From contig CATNEN010000003.1 of assembly GCA_950097015.1 (NCBI GenBank), positions 7,130,001 through 7,194,000 on the forward strand: DNA of 64,000 nucleotides, read 5' to 3'. The DNA is from Macrostomum hystrix (taxonomy: Eukaryota; Animalia; Platyhelminthes). Below, piece by piece: positions 10,553-22,600 of this stretch. The stretch's first letter is position 1. The number at the start of each line of letters is the position of its first letter. The notes beneath the pieces were generated by a model, which worked only from the letters and a program-made list of their open reading frames with translations, did not search any database and was not told the origin of the DNA. The translations under genes and the position numbers were made by a program.

Positions 10553-13500
10553 ATGGATGAGGAGTTTAATCTTGAGTCGACAAAAGGAAAAAAGGTATGG
10601 TGGCTTATTTGCTTTTAAATTTTTATTCATACTTTAATACTTGTTAAAATACTTGTTTAAATACTTGTTGTTGAAGAGCAGATTGCTCATCTGCTCACAT
10701 ATTTATTATTAATAGGCCTAATGGCTATGGTGGAGTTCCGTTCGTTATATTATTTTTCAATTTCAAAATGGTGCCAAAGGCCCGGTAATGCAACGGACGA
10801 TTTGGCATGACGTGGCATATGTATGTCTATGGCCCATTTTGCAACAGTACATCCTGCCGGGCACACGAGTCATCATGGATGGGTGGCTTGCCTACAACGG
10901 CCTTGTAGCACGTGGCTATGGACATGCCTCTGTGAACCATCGGCTCAACTTCGTAAATCCGCAAGACCCAAGTGTTCACACCAACACTGTGGAGGGCACC
11001 TGGGCACATGCCAAGGCCAGGCTGCAACAGATGCATGGCACATCGGATGCACTATTTGAGTCACATCTGCAGGAGTACATGTGGCGCCATCTATACCCAG
11101 TCAATGCATTCGGCAACTTCATGTATTGGGTGTCCCACTATTATCCAACTTGATGAACAGATAAGGAACTGATGAACCTCTGATGAACTTTTCTGAGTGT
11201 CCTCGTGTTGTTTAAATGTTGCTGCGTTGGTCGTAAAACTTGTTTAACCTGTCCGCAGTCATTTCAAATTGCAAAATAATATAACGAACGGAACTCTACC
11301 ATAGCCGGCCTAATAATAATAGTACTATAAGATTATCCAAAGTAGGCTAATTAAGATGCTGAGCTTAGAGCCTAGAGGATGAACAGCTTGGCTTTAACAG
11401 TAAAACTACAAATGAGTCAAAAAATTCCCTCCCTGACAACTTTTTGTAGATGGATTTATCTATTATAGATAGATTTGCTGGTTTATAAACAAGTTTATAT
11501 ACAAGTGTATAGTTTTAGATAGGCAAATATATCTTCTTTCTTCTTTCATATTTGTTTTATAAATCTCTTACTTTTTTCAAATGCTTACACTTAAAAGGGC
11601 CGTTACTAGTATTTAAGTAAAATAATGTAAATAAACTAGTTAGTGTAATAGGGCTTATGATTCTACTTTTCTCTCTCTTGGTAGCGTATCTTTTGGCCTC
11701 TTCCGCTCTTTTAGCTCCTTCTCTACTATTCGTACTCTCCCGTATATCTTTAACTTGGTGACCCTGAAAAGAGCCATTTTAACTTCACAACTCTTATGTT
11801 GTGAGCTTCTCCTAGGTAGCACTCCTGCACTGGCACGAGCAGTTTATCCCTCTAAGGCACTAGATCTCCTTATTCTCTAGTCTCAACTGGGCATTTCTCT
11901 AAGATTAGAGGGTCACAGCTTCAATCCTCATCTTATCTCCACACTCAAATGTATCTCCTTAGTAAATAACACAACAAGGTTGATTATTCAAAGATGTAAC
12001 TCAGTTCTTGCCTTTTTTGCCCACTGGCCAGTTGTATTATGAACAGTAAAACTCCTCACTTATATAGTATTAGTAAAATTTGTTTTACCATTTCATTTTA
12101 CTAGAAAAAAAAATATTTATAATATACACCTATAAAATATATATATATCGCAGGAGAATATAATCAAGTTATAGTGCAAGAAATAATATTGAACTACTAC
12201 AAGTTATAAAGCAAAAATAATATAGGACTATTAACATTAGTATACAAAGGATTCTTATATAATTTTGAATGGATTATGTCTATTTGAGAATTCTAACATC
12301 ATAAGTTCAAACAAGGCTTTTTGGTTTTCTTCATGCTGATTGCAGTAAAAGTACATTAAAGATAGTTTTAACTTTTGTGGCCTAATTATTTGAGTTACTG
12401 TCGTGCAGCTGTTGTCTGTTACTTTAAAAAATGGTATATTGTTGCTTAGTCCATCAATTAGGGTTCACCTAGCTTACTTAATTATTTCTAAATTTAAAGT
12501 TAGGTATGTGTGATAATAATTGTCTTGCTTACAATTTGTTTCTATGGACTAATTAACTACCTGATATGTATACTAGTCTAGAACCTACCTTAGTTTTATA
12601 AAGGATTTGAAAAGGGGTTTTAAAATATACCAATGACTCTAAGAGTTTAAAGTACAGATCATCTTTAGGGTTTGCATTAGAAATTGCAAGTTAATATTGG
12701 TTTAAATTTTCAATTCAACAATACTCAGAAAGCGCGCATGGGTCGTCGAGCTCACGATGAAGAAGAGCCAGCTGATGAACCAGCTGCTAGTGGCGGAGGC
12801 GGCGGAAGCAATGCAGCTGTAAGTTATACGAGTGCCAACCATATTGATCTGATTTTCTACCTACAGTGAATTTTTAAGACTATAAACTGTTATCTCTACT
12901 AGCAGTAGACTAAAGTGCGCATGTACGGTTAAATGCCTATTCGTTTCAGCCAAAACGACGCGGTGGCTGGGGCGACGAACCGCCAAAGACAGCTGGCGGC
13001 GGTGGTCGTCGACAGGCTGCCGAAGACGAGCTCGGCGAGTGAGTCATCTTCTATTGTCTATGGCATTTACTATCTAGTTTGTTCGTTGCTTCTGTTTTTT
13101 AAAATGGTGTTTTTAATATATATCGGTTCGTTAACTAACTAACAATGGTCGTTGGTTCGAATCCACTAATTTGGATAAAGAACTAGCAATATATAAATGA
13201 TTTAATCATTGCTTCCAGCCAATTTGATCAACTGATTGATTCGGTGGAACGGTCTATGAAGCCAATGTTCGTAGCCAATAATTCTAGATCTATGTTTGGC
13301 TTAAGTTGCAATTTAGTACAAAAGTATACAATTATTTGCACAATGGCTTTTGGCTTTGATTGTCGTAAATGCTTAACAGTATTTTTTAATGCAAGGCAGT
13401 GAGAATTATTTTGTTATGCTTCAAATGCATAATTTATTATTCTTACCTATTAATTTGAGTGACTGCATGCGCATTAGAAAACTAATTGACATTTGATTTT

Positions 13501-16500
13501 TTTTGTCTAGACATTACTTATTTGAAAGATATTTCTACTCGTATAAACCTATTACATTAAGTGACAAAGGCCCTTTTATTAGTTAAGGGTGTTTCCAAAA
13601 AGGGTGATTCTTGTCGAATACCCTTTTGAGAAGGACAGCTAGCATGGCTCTATAATATCCTCCACGACAAATCCATATAGGGTTAATAGTGTAAAAATTA
13701 ACTAAAAAACAATGACGATGCCGATGTTTCGTGATTTTGAAAGTTGTTTTCACTTTCTAAGGTGGGTTGAGAAACTTTCTGAATGAATATTTGCATTTAC
13801 ATTCGCTACATATTATAATGCACATGTTTTAACTAGGTATCAGTAAATTAAATTTGTTTAGTACCTTACACACTCAATGCACCGAGCTTTGTAGGTTTGC
13901 TTATAAAACTGTTGTCCCGTTATATTAGAAGCAATTATTGTTAGAGTCAGGGTGAAATTTTTTTACCGTTTGTATATTATTTAGCATGCTTCATATGCCC
14001 TGATAAATAGTAGTAAAAAACTAGTAAAGAGGTGTATTCTCTTTATCTTCACAAGTTGTATGCTTATATGCATTTTTGAAACATTTAATTTTTTTATAAT
14101 ATATTTGCCTCAACGTCTTCAACCCCTTTTTTTGCAGTGACAAGTTCAGAGAGAAGAGATTTTCTGATTCAGATGGTAAGTCTGTCTACAACCTCTAGCT
14201 TCAAATATGAATCATTTTCACTTTCATATAAAGTTATTATTATTTTATTTCTGCTAATTGCGCTGTGAGCATAACAGCTAAATATATTTATTTTAAGTAG
14301 TAGAAGTACACCTTTTGATTTACACTCAGACCTCGTAAAATTTAAGGCAATTGCAATACAGAAGATAAAGAATAGAAATCTTTCTCTCTCTTTAATGTAC
14401 ACTGCATGGCTGTCTTTCCCTAGGGGAAGGGGAAGACTTTCTCCTCAATGTACACTGGGCCGTCTAGAGTGGGGACAGACTTTCTCTCTTCAATGTACAC
14501 TAGGTCGTCTGAAGTAGGGGTGGGGGGCAGAATTTCTTCTCCTCAATGTTCACTGGGCGTTGGGCGTCTAAAGTGGGGGGCAGACTTTTTCTATCCAATA
14601 TACACGGGGTCCAGTCTAGAGTGGCAGCAGACTTTTTCTATCCAATGTACACGGGGTCCAGTCTAGAGTGGCGGCAGACTTTTTCTATCCAATGTACATG
14701 GGGCCGTCTAGAGTGGGGTCAGACTTTTTCTATCCAATGTACACGGGGCCGTCTAGAGTGGGGGCAGACTTTTTCTCTCCAATGTACATGGGGCCGTCTA
14801 GAGTGGGGGCAGACTTTTTCTCTCCAATGTACATGGGGCCGTCTAGAGTGGGGAGCAGACTTTTTCTATCCAATATACACGGGGCCGTGGGAGTCAGAAT
14901 ATTTCTCGGTAATCTATATTACAATCGCCTTGGTGATGTAGCTCTATTTGTTTATCTTCAAAGAGCGTTTTTGCAAAATGGGCATAAAGTTAGCTATTTG
15001 GAGTTAAGTGTAATTTAGCTTTTAGTTTATATAATATTATTAGCGCTTTGGTAGATTCGTATCAATATAATTTGCTTATTTTATGCAAAATTTCAGATGA
15101 CGCGGGTGCGTATATTTTTAGCAGCCACTCATTTAATTTGTGGATTTTTTAACCCTTTAAACACAATCGTAAAATCACTGCCAAAAGTGTGTTTGCAGTT
15201 TTAGCCTTTTAGTTTTTACCTTGATTGTCGCACTGTTTCTCTTCTGGTTTAATGTCATGGAGAATTCAAATAAATCACATATCAGAATAAATTAATATGC
15301 GAGTCTGAATTAATGATTCCAATTCACAGAGCATGATTTATTTACATTTTAATTGAACTAATTAAATTTAATAAGCTTCTTAACCTGCTTGCTGTTTTAA
15401 AACATGTAAATTATAAATGGAGAAATCGACTACGCATAATTTTGTGCTTAATCTCTCTCCATTTATGTACACTGGATCGTGTGTGAAGTGGGAGGCAGTC
15501 CCTCTCTCTCCCTTATGTACACTGGATCGTGTGTGAAGTGGGAGGCAGTCCCTCTCTCTCCCTTATGTACACTGGATCGTGTGTGAAGTGGGAGGCAGTC
15601 CCTCTCTCTCCCTTATGTACACTGGATCGTGTGTGAAGTGGGAGGCAGTCCCTCTCTCTCCCTTATGTACACTGGATCGTGTGTGAAGTGGGAGGCAGTC
15701 CCTCTCTCTCCCTTATGTACACTGGATCGTGTGTGAAGTGGGAGGCAGTCCCTCTCTCTCCCTTATGTACACTGGATCGTGTGTGAAGTGGGAGGCAGTC
15801 CCTCTCTCTCCCTTATGTACACTGAATTGCGTGTGAAGCAGGACGCAGTCCCTGGTGTACACAGCACCGTTCGGAACTGTCTATGGCTCTCTACACTAGT
15901 AATTTATTATTAGCATGCGCTAATATTTGTACTTTCCAATTATAGATGCCGCAGCCATTCCGGAACTGAAAGAGGAGGCACCTTTGGCACCGGTAGTCAA
16001 TGAACCACCAGAAATGGCTATTGCTCCTAGGTAGTTTTCAAGCTGTTATTAACAAATAGTACAGCTGCTATATACAAGTATAAGAGAAAGTAATTTTCTT
16101 CTTTACTTATTTTTTGCGTGTTTGCAGCATTGCGGTGAATCGAGTCGCGACTTATCGCGAATTAGATTTCGATCTAAATAGGCATGCCTCGTTTGCCACT
16201 CTGGTAAGTGATAGATATTTTACATAATATTATTTCTTATTTCAAAAGTATTTTCTTTAAATCTTAAAGAATCGTGCAAACTAATGGTATCGTCACTGAA
16301 TATAGTCTCAGAATCGTCCCAAAACCATGTCTCTAAGCACGCACAGAATCGTCCCAAAGCCGTGTCTCAGAATCGTCCCAAAACCGTGTCTTAAAATCGT
16401 CCCAACGCCGTGTCTCAGAATCGTCCCAAAGCCGTGTCTCAGAATCGTCCCAAAACCGTGTCTTAAAATCGTCCCAACGCCGTGTCTCAGAATCGTCCCA

Positions 16501-17011
16501 AAACCGTGTCTTAAAATCGTCCCAAAGCTGTGTCTCAGAATCGTCCGAAAGCCGTGTCTCAGAATCGTCCCAAAGCCGTGTCTCAGAATCGTCCCAAAGC
16601 CGTGTCTCAGAATCGTCCCAAAGCCGTGTCTCAGAATCGTCCCAAAGCCGTGTCTCAGAATCGTCCCAAAGCCGTTTCTCAGAATCGTGTTAAAGCCGTG
16701 TCTCAGAATCGTCCCAAAGCCGTGTCTCAGAATCGTCCCAAAGCCGTTTCTCAGAATCGTCCCAAAGCTGTGTCTCAGAATCGTCATTAAACTTTCAGGA
16801 CAATGAGATCGATCTCAAGCTGCTCACTCGATGTTTAGCCGCCGATCAGGACCTAGTGGAACCAGATGAATATTGGGATTGGGATCGCCTGTTCACAGAA
16901 GTGACAAGCGATTTGTTGATTGACAGCGGCGATCAAGAAGCGGCTCCAATTGGTCCGCCGTTAGCAACTAACGCCAATTCCGACAGCGGTTCTAGCGTGC
17001 CTGTGAAATGA
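10553..17011 (+). CDS. IFT43: intraflagellar transport protein 43 (IFT-A subunit), 7 coding exons (+ possible 9-nt microexon)
   Basis: Exons 10553-10594, 12729-12818 (KARMGRRA), 12950-13038 (RRGGWG), 14138-14175, 15946-16030 (IPEL..EE..IAPS), 16128-16203 (VNRVATYRELDFDL..FATL) and 16799-17011 (DNEIDLKLLTRCL...WDWDRLFTEVTS). All phases are consistent and the motifs match the IFT43 family. Confidence 0.93.
10723..11306 (+). mobile_element. Merlin (IS1016/ISXO2-related) DNA transposon, internally deleted, in IFT43 intron 1
   Basis: About 45-bp TIRs GGCTATGGTRGAGTTCCGTTCGTTATATTATTTT; perfect 8-bp TSD GGCCTAAT (10715-10722 and 11307-11314). ORF 10788-11153 carries ILPGT.VIMDGW.AY..L...GY.H..VNH...FV....VHTNTVEG.W...K (C-terminal DDE part). 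Confidence 0.92.
14400..14900. repeat. about 42-bp minisatellite (TTTTCTATCCAATGTACACGGGGCCGTCTAGAGTGGGGGCAGAC)
   Basis: About 10 tandem, partly degenerate copies in IFT43 intron 4. Confidence 0.9.
15455..15855. repeat. 50-bp minisatellite (CTCTCTCTCCCTTATGTACACTGGATCGTGTGTGAAGTGGGAGGCAGTCC) x about 8
   Basis: Near-identical tandem copies. Confidence 0.95.
16305..16786. repeat. 24-bp minisatellite (GTCTCAGAATCGTCCCAAAGCCGT) x about 20
   Basis: Tandem array filling IFT43 intron 6 up to the acceptor. Confidence 0.95.
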
Positions 17012-17085
17012 AAATGAGAATAACACAGCATCACTAGTTGCACTGAATACTACATATTTGCCTTTTAACACTGATATTATTAATT

Positions 17086-18292
17086 ATGTCAGGCATTGTC
17101 TCATATTGTCAGACATTGTCAGATAGTTAGTGTCAGACACTGTCAGATAGTTAGTGTCAGACACTGTCAGATAGTTAGTGTCAGACACTGCCAGATAGCT
17201 AGTGTCAGACATTGTGAGATAGTGTCAGAAGTTGTCAGATAGCTAGTGTCAGACATTGTCAGATAGTTAGACACTGTGAGATAGCTAGTGTCAGACACTG
17301 TCAGATGGCTAGTGTCAGGCACTGTCAGATAGCTAGTGTCAGACACTGTCATATAGCTAGTGTCAGACACTGTGAGATAGCTAGTGTCAGACACTGTCAG
17401 ATAGTTAGTGTCAGACACTGTCAGATAGTTAGTGTCAGACACTGCCAGATAGCTAGTGTCAGACATTGTGAGATAGTGTCAGAAATTGTCAGATAGCTAG
17501 TGTCAGACATTGTCAGATAGTTAGACACTGTGAGATAGCTAGTGTCAGACACTGTCAGATAGCTAGTGTCAGGCACTGTCAGATAGCTAGTGTCAGACAC
17601 TGTCATATAGCTAGTGTCAGACACTGTGAGATAGCTAGTGTCAGACACTGTCAGATAGTTAGTGTCAGACACTGTCAGATAGTTAGTGTCAGACACTGCC
17701 AGATAGCTAGTGTCAGACATTGTGAGATAGTGTCAGAAATTGTCAGATAGCTAGTGTCAGACATTGTCAGATAGTTAGACACTGTGAGATAGCTAGTGTC
17801 AGACACTGTCAGATAGCTAGTGTCAGGCACTGTCAGATAGCTAGTGTCAGACACTGTCATATAGCTAGTGTCAGACACTGTGAGATAGCTAGTGTCAGAC
17901 ACTGTCAGATAGTTAGTGTCAGACACTGTCAGATAGTTAGTGTCAGACACTGTCAGATAGCTAGTGTCAGACACTGTCAGATAGTTAGTGTCAGACATTG
18001 TCAGATAGCTAGTGTCAGACACTGTCATATAGCTAGTGTCAGACACTGTGAGATAGTTAGTGTCAGACATTGTCAGATAGCTAGTGTCAGACACTGTGAG
18101 ATAGTTAGTGTCAGACATTGTCAGATAGCTAGTGTCAGACACTGTCAGATAGTTAGTGTCAGACATTGTCAGATAGTTAGTGTCAGACATTGTCAGATAG
18201 CTAGTGTCAGACACTGTCAGATAGCTAGTGTCAGACACTGTGAGAATGTTAGTGTCAGACACTGTGAGATAGCTAGTGTCAGACATCGTCCG
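17086..18292. repeat. 24-bp satellite (TGTCAGATAGCTAGTGTCAGACAC) with 254-bp higher-order repeat
   Basis: Tandem array; near-identical spurious ORFs recur at 254-bp offsets (17167, 17421, 17675). Confidence 0.95.
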
Positions 18293-18704
18293 ATGGCTAA
18301 TGTTGCAAAACCTTAGAAGTTTGTTAATTTCTTTTCTTTTATTTTACCTTTTTAAATTAATAAAGGAAAGAGTTTTTTGTAAAAATCTGTGATTTTATTA
18401 CAGATTTTATTACGTTCCGTCCTTGAGACTGTTCTCAAACTATTCTTATTTGGCTGTGCTATGTTAGGCAGGTAACTTTTGCTGTCAATTCTGTCTTTAA
18501 CTTTCTTATCTTTGTTAAAAAAATATATTCCTAATATTGCATGCTTTCCTAACGCTTGCACTAAATAAAACATATTTGCTTGGCTTACTGCTTCATAAAT
18601 ATGTGTCGGTATGTTTAAATTTGGTACATTATTTGGGTCTAAACTACTTAAAATTGTTTCAACGTGCGTGATTATTAGAGATAATTTAGTCTGTGTAACT
18701 CTAA

Positions 18705-19610
18705 AGGAGCATAGTGTCTAAGGAATGTGATGTCTAAGGAATGTGATGTCTAAGGAATGTGATGTCTTAGGAATGTGATATCTAAGGAACGTGATGTCTA
18801 AGGAATGTGATGTCTAAGGAATGTGATGTATAAGGAATGTGATGTCTAAGGAATGTGATGTATAAGGAATGTGATGTCTATGGAATGTGATGTATAAGGA
18901 ATGTGATGTATAAGGAATGTGATGTCACAGGAGTGTGATGTTTAAGGAATGTAATGTATAAGGAATGTGATGTCATAGGAGTGTGATGTTTAAGGAATGT
19001 GATGTATAAGGAATGTGATGTCATAGGAGTGTGATGTTTAAGGAATGTGATGTCACAGGAGTGTGATGTTTAAGGAATGTGATGTCATAGGAGTGTGATG
19101 TCATAGGAGTGTGATGTATAAGGAATGTGATGTATAAGGAATGTGATGTCATAGGAGTGTGATGTATAAGGAATGTGATGTATAAGGAATGTGATGTCAT
19201 AGGAGTGTGATGTATAAGGAATGTGATGTCATAGGAGTGTGATGTATAAGGAATGTGATGTATAAGGAATGTGATGTCACAGGAGTGTGATGTTTAAGGA
19301 ATGTGATGTATAAGGAATGTGATGTCACAGGAGTGTGATGTTTAAGGAATGTGATGTATAAGGAATGTGATGTCATAGGAGTGTGATGTTTAAGGAATGT
19401 GATGTCATAGGAGTGTGATGTATAAGGAATGTGATGTCATAGGAGTGTGATGTCTAAGGAATGTGATGTATAAGGAATGTGATGTATAAGGAATGTGATG
19501 TCTAAGGAATGTGATGTATAAGGAATGTGATGTATAAGGAATGTGATGTATAAGGAATGTGATGTATAAGGAATGTGATGTCATAGGAGTGTGATGTTTA
19601 AGGAATGTTT
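18705..19610. repeat. 17-bp minisatellite (TAAGGAATGTGATGTMT variants)
   Basis: About 50 tandem copies. Confidence 0.95.
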
Positions 19611-19697
19611 AAGTAGTATAATTTAAATTGTTTTAATAAGTTACAACTAACATTTACACAGTTTCAGCCAAGCGGAGCCGTCAGCAGCGGTGAAGAC

Positions 19698-22600
19698 ATG
19701 CTAGCTTCCAGCTCTCATAGTCTAGCAATCTGGTGCAGCAGTATTGTTAGCCAGGGTCACGTGCCACGCCTGGAAGAACTGGAAGCCATGCAGTCGGCGC
19801 CGGATTTTGTATCTGAGCTTTTACCTATTCTCCATGAGCATCCTAGCAATGAGGTGCGCCTTCTAGCAGCAATCTGTATAAAAAATCTTGTACGTCTGCG
19901 TTGGCGTTTCAAAGTGTCACCAGATGATAAGGCAATGATCCGAGACATTGTGCTCAGACCGCATCAGCAACAGTTGTCTACAGCTACTCAATTGGCTATG
20001 ACGGCCGCTATGGTGGCTAGGTTTGATTGGCCAGAGCGATGGCCCGAGCTGATGTCTAATCTAAGCGATTGCCTCACTGACACAGCCACATCAGCTGATG
20101 AACAATGGCAGCTCAGAAGTCTAATGCTGTTGCATCATATTGTTAAAGCGCTCATGTCTAAAACATTGCCAAAGCATAGGCAACAATTTAGATCTGTTAG
20201 CTGCGATCTGGTGCAATTTTTAATTAGACGATTGCTACCTAGATTACAGGTCATTTCTGAGAGGTATGCCCGTGCTAGTGATATTAAATTTCTCACTGTC
20301 ATTTAAGAATCCATCACGCTTAATTCAGAATCCATCATGCTCATTTAAGAATCCATCATGGTCATTCAGGAATCCATCATGTTCATTCAAGAATCCATCA
20401 TGTTCATTCAAGAATCCATCATGCTTATTCAAGAATCCATCATGCTTATTCAATAATCCATCATGCTTATTCAATAATCCATCATGTTCATTCAAGAATC
20501 CATCATGCTTATTCAAGAATCCATCATGTTCATTCAAGAATCCATCATGCTCCTTCAAAAAATCTATCATGGTCATTCAAGAATCCATCATGCTTATTCA
20601 AGAATCCATCATGGTCATTGACTAATCCATCAAAGTGATTCAAGAATCCATCATTGTCATTGAAGAATCCATCATGGTCATTCAAGAATCCATCATGCTT
20701 ATTCAAGAATCCATCATGTTCATTCAAGAATCCATCATGCTTATTCAAGAATCCATCATGTTAATTCAAGAATCCATCATGCTTATTCAAGAATCCATCA
20801 TGTTCATTCAAGAATCCATCATGCTTATTCAAGAATCCATCATGCTTATTCAAGAATCCATCATGCACATTTAAGAATCCATCATGTTCATTCAATAATC
20901 CCATCATGTTCATTTAAGAATCCATCATGTTCATTCAAGAATCCATCATGCTTATTCAATAATCCATCATGCTTATTCAAGAATCCATCATGCTCCTTCA
21001 AAAATCCATCATGCTTCTTAAAAAATCCATCATGGTCATTCAAGAATCCATCATGCTTATTCAAGAATCCATCATGCTTATTCAAGAAACCATCTTGGTC
21101 ATTCAAGAATCCATCATGCTCCTTCAAAAAATCTATCATGGTCATTCAAGAATCCATCATGCTTATTCAAGAATCCATCATGGTCATTGACTAATCCATC
21201 AAAGTGATTCAAGAATCCATCATTGTCATTGAAGAATCCATCATGGTCATTCAAGAATCCATCATGCTTATTCAAGAATCCATCATGTTCATTCAAGAAT
21301 CCATCATGCTTATTCAAGAAACCATCTTGGTCATTCAAGAATCCATCATGCTCCTTCAAAAAATCTATCATGGTCATTCAAGAATCCATCATGCTTATTC
21401 AAGAATCCATCATGGTCATTGACTAATCCATCAAAGTGATTCAAGAATCCATCATTGTCATTGAAGAATCCATCATGGTCATTCAAGAATCCATCATGCT
21501 TATTCAAGAATCCATCATGTTCATTCAAGAATCCATCATGCTTATTCAAGAATCCATCATGTTAATTCAAGAATCCATCATGCTTATTCAAGAATCCATC
21601 ATGTTCATTCAAGAATCCATCATGCTTATTCAAGAATCCATCATGCTTATTCAAGAATCCATCATGCACATTTAAGAATCCATCATGTTCATTCAATAAT
21701 CCATCATGTTCATTTAAGAATCCATCATGTTCATTCAAGAATCCATCATGCTTATTCAATAATCCATCATGCTTATTCAAGAATCCATCATGCTCCTTCA
21801 AAAATCCATCATGCTTCTTAAAAAATCCATCATGGTCATTCAAGAATCCATCATGCTTATTCAAGAATCCATCATGCTTATTCAAGAAACCATCTTGGTC
21901 ATTTAAGAATCCCTCACGGTCATTCCAGCGTCAGAAGCGGCACAGCTCCACCCTGTGACATCAGGTGCACTGTTCTGTACGTAAAGTGCTGCACGAATCT
22001 CATTAGCCACGGCCTTGGCGCCCTGGCCACTCCGTCTGGTGACAACTCGCCAGTGGCTTTGATCGCCTCCGTCATCGACTGTCTCCCAACTCTGGCTTCG
22101 CAGAGTCCTGAAGGCCCGCTGGAGCCTCTGACAACCTCCTTGGGGCGGCTGCTACTTCGCTGCCAGACGCACGCCCAGCAGGGCTTCGCCCAGCTGATGG
22201 AGCCGGCTGTTAAACTGGCGGTTGGCGTTGCATTCGGCGAAGACAACATCGGCGGAGATTACGGCGAGTACAGGGATCGACGGATCAGTGTACATTGCCT
22301 GAATCTCATCTCGCAGTGTGTACTGTCGTATGGTACAGCTGCGGCTGGTGAGTCACAATGTACATTCACACTCACCCTCCTCCGCTGTTAATAGTAAAGA
22401 TTAACGCCAACCTCCTCCGCTGTGAATAGTGTACATTCGCGCCCACCCTCCTCCGCTGTGAATAGTGTACATTCACGCCCACACTCCTCCGCTGCTAATA
22501 GTGTACAATTGCAGCCACCCACCTCCGCTGTTAACTAGTGTACATTCGCAACCAAAATCCTTACTTCACAGATTCAGGCGAGCAGATGCAACAGGCTAGT

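Noticed and set aside
10788-11153. Bacterial IS1595 insertion, contamination or recent HGT
   Set aside because: It sits in a spliceosomal intron, and its TIR and 8-bp TSD structure fits the eukaryotic Merlin superfamily.
16308-21885. ORFs TILRHGFG, SDTSYLTV, IQESIML/HDGFLN
   Set aside because: Intronic or intergenic tandem repeats within or between IFT43 and the importin gene.
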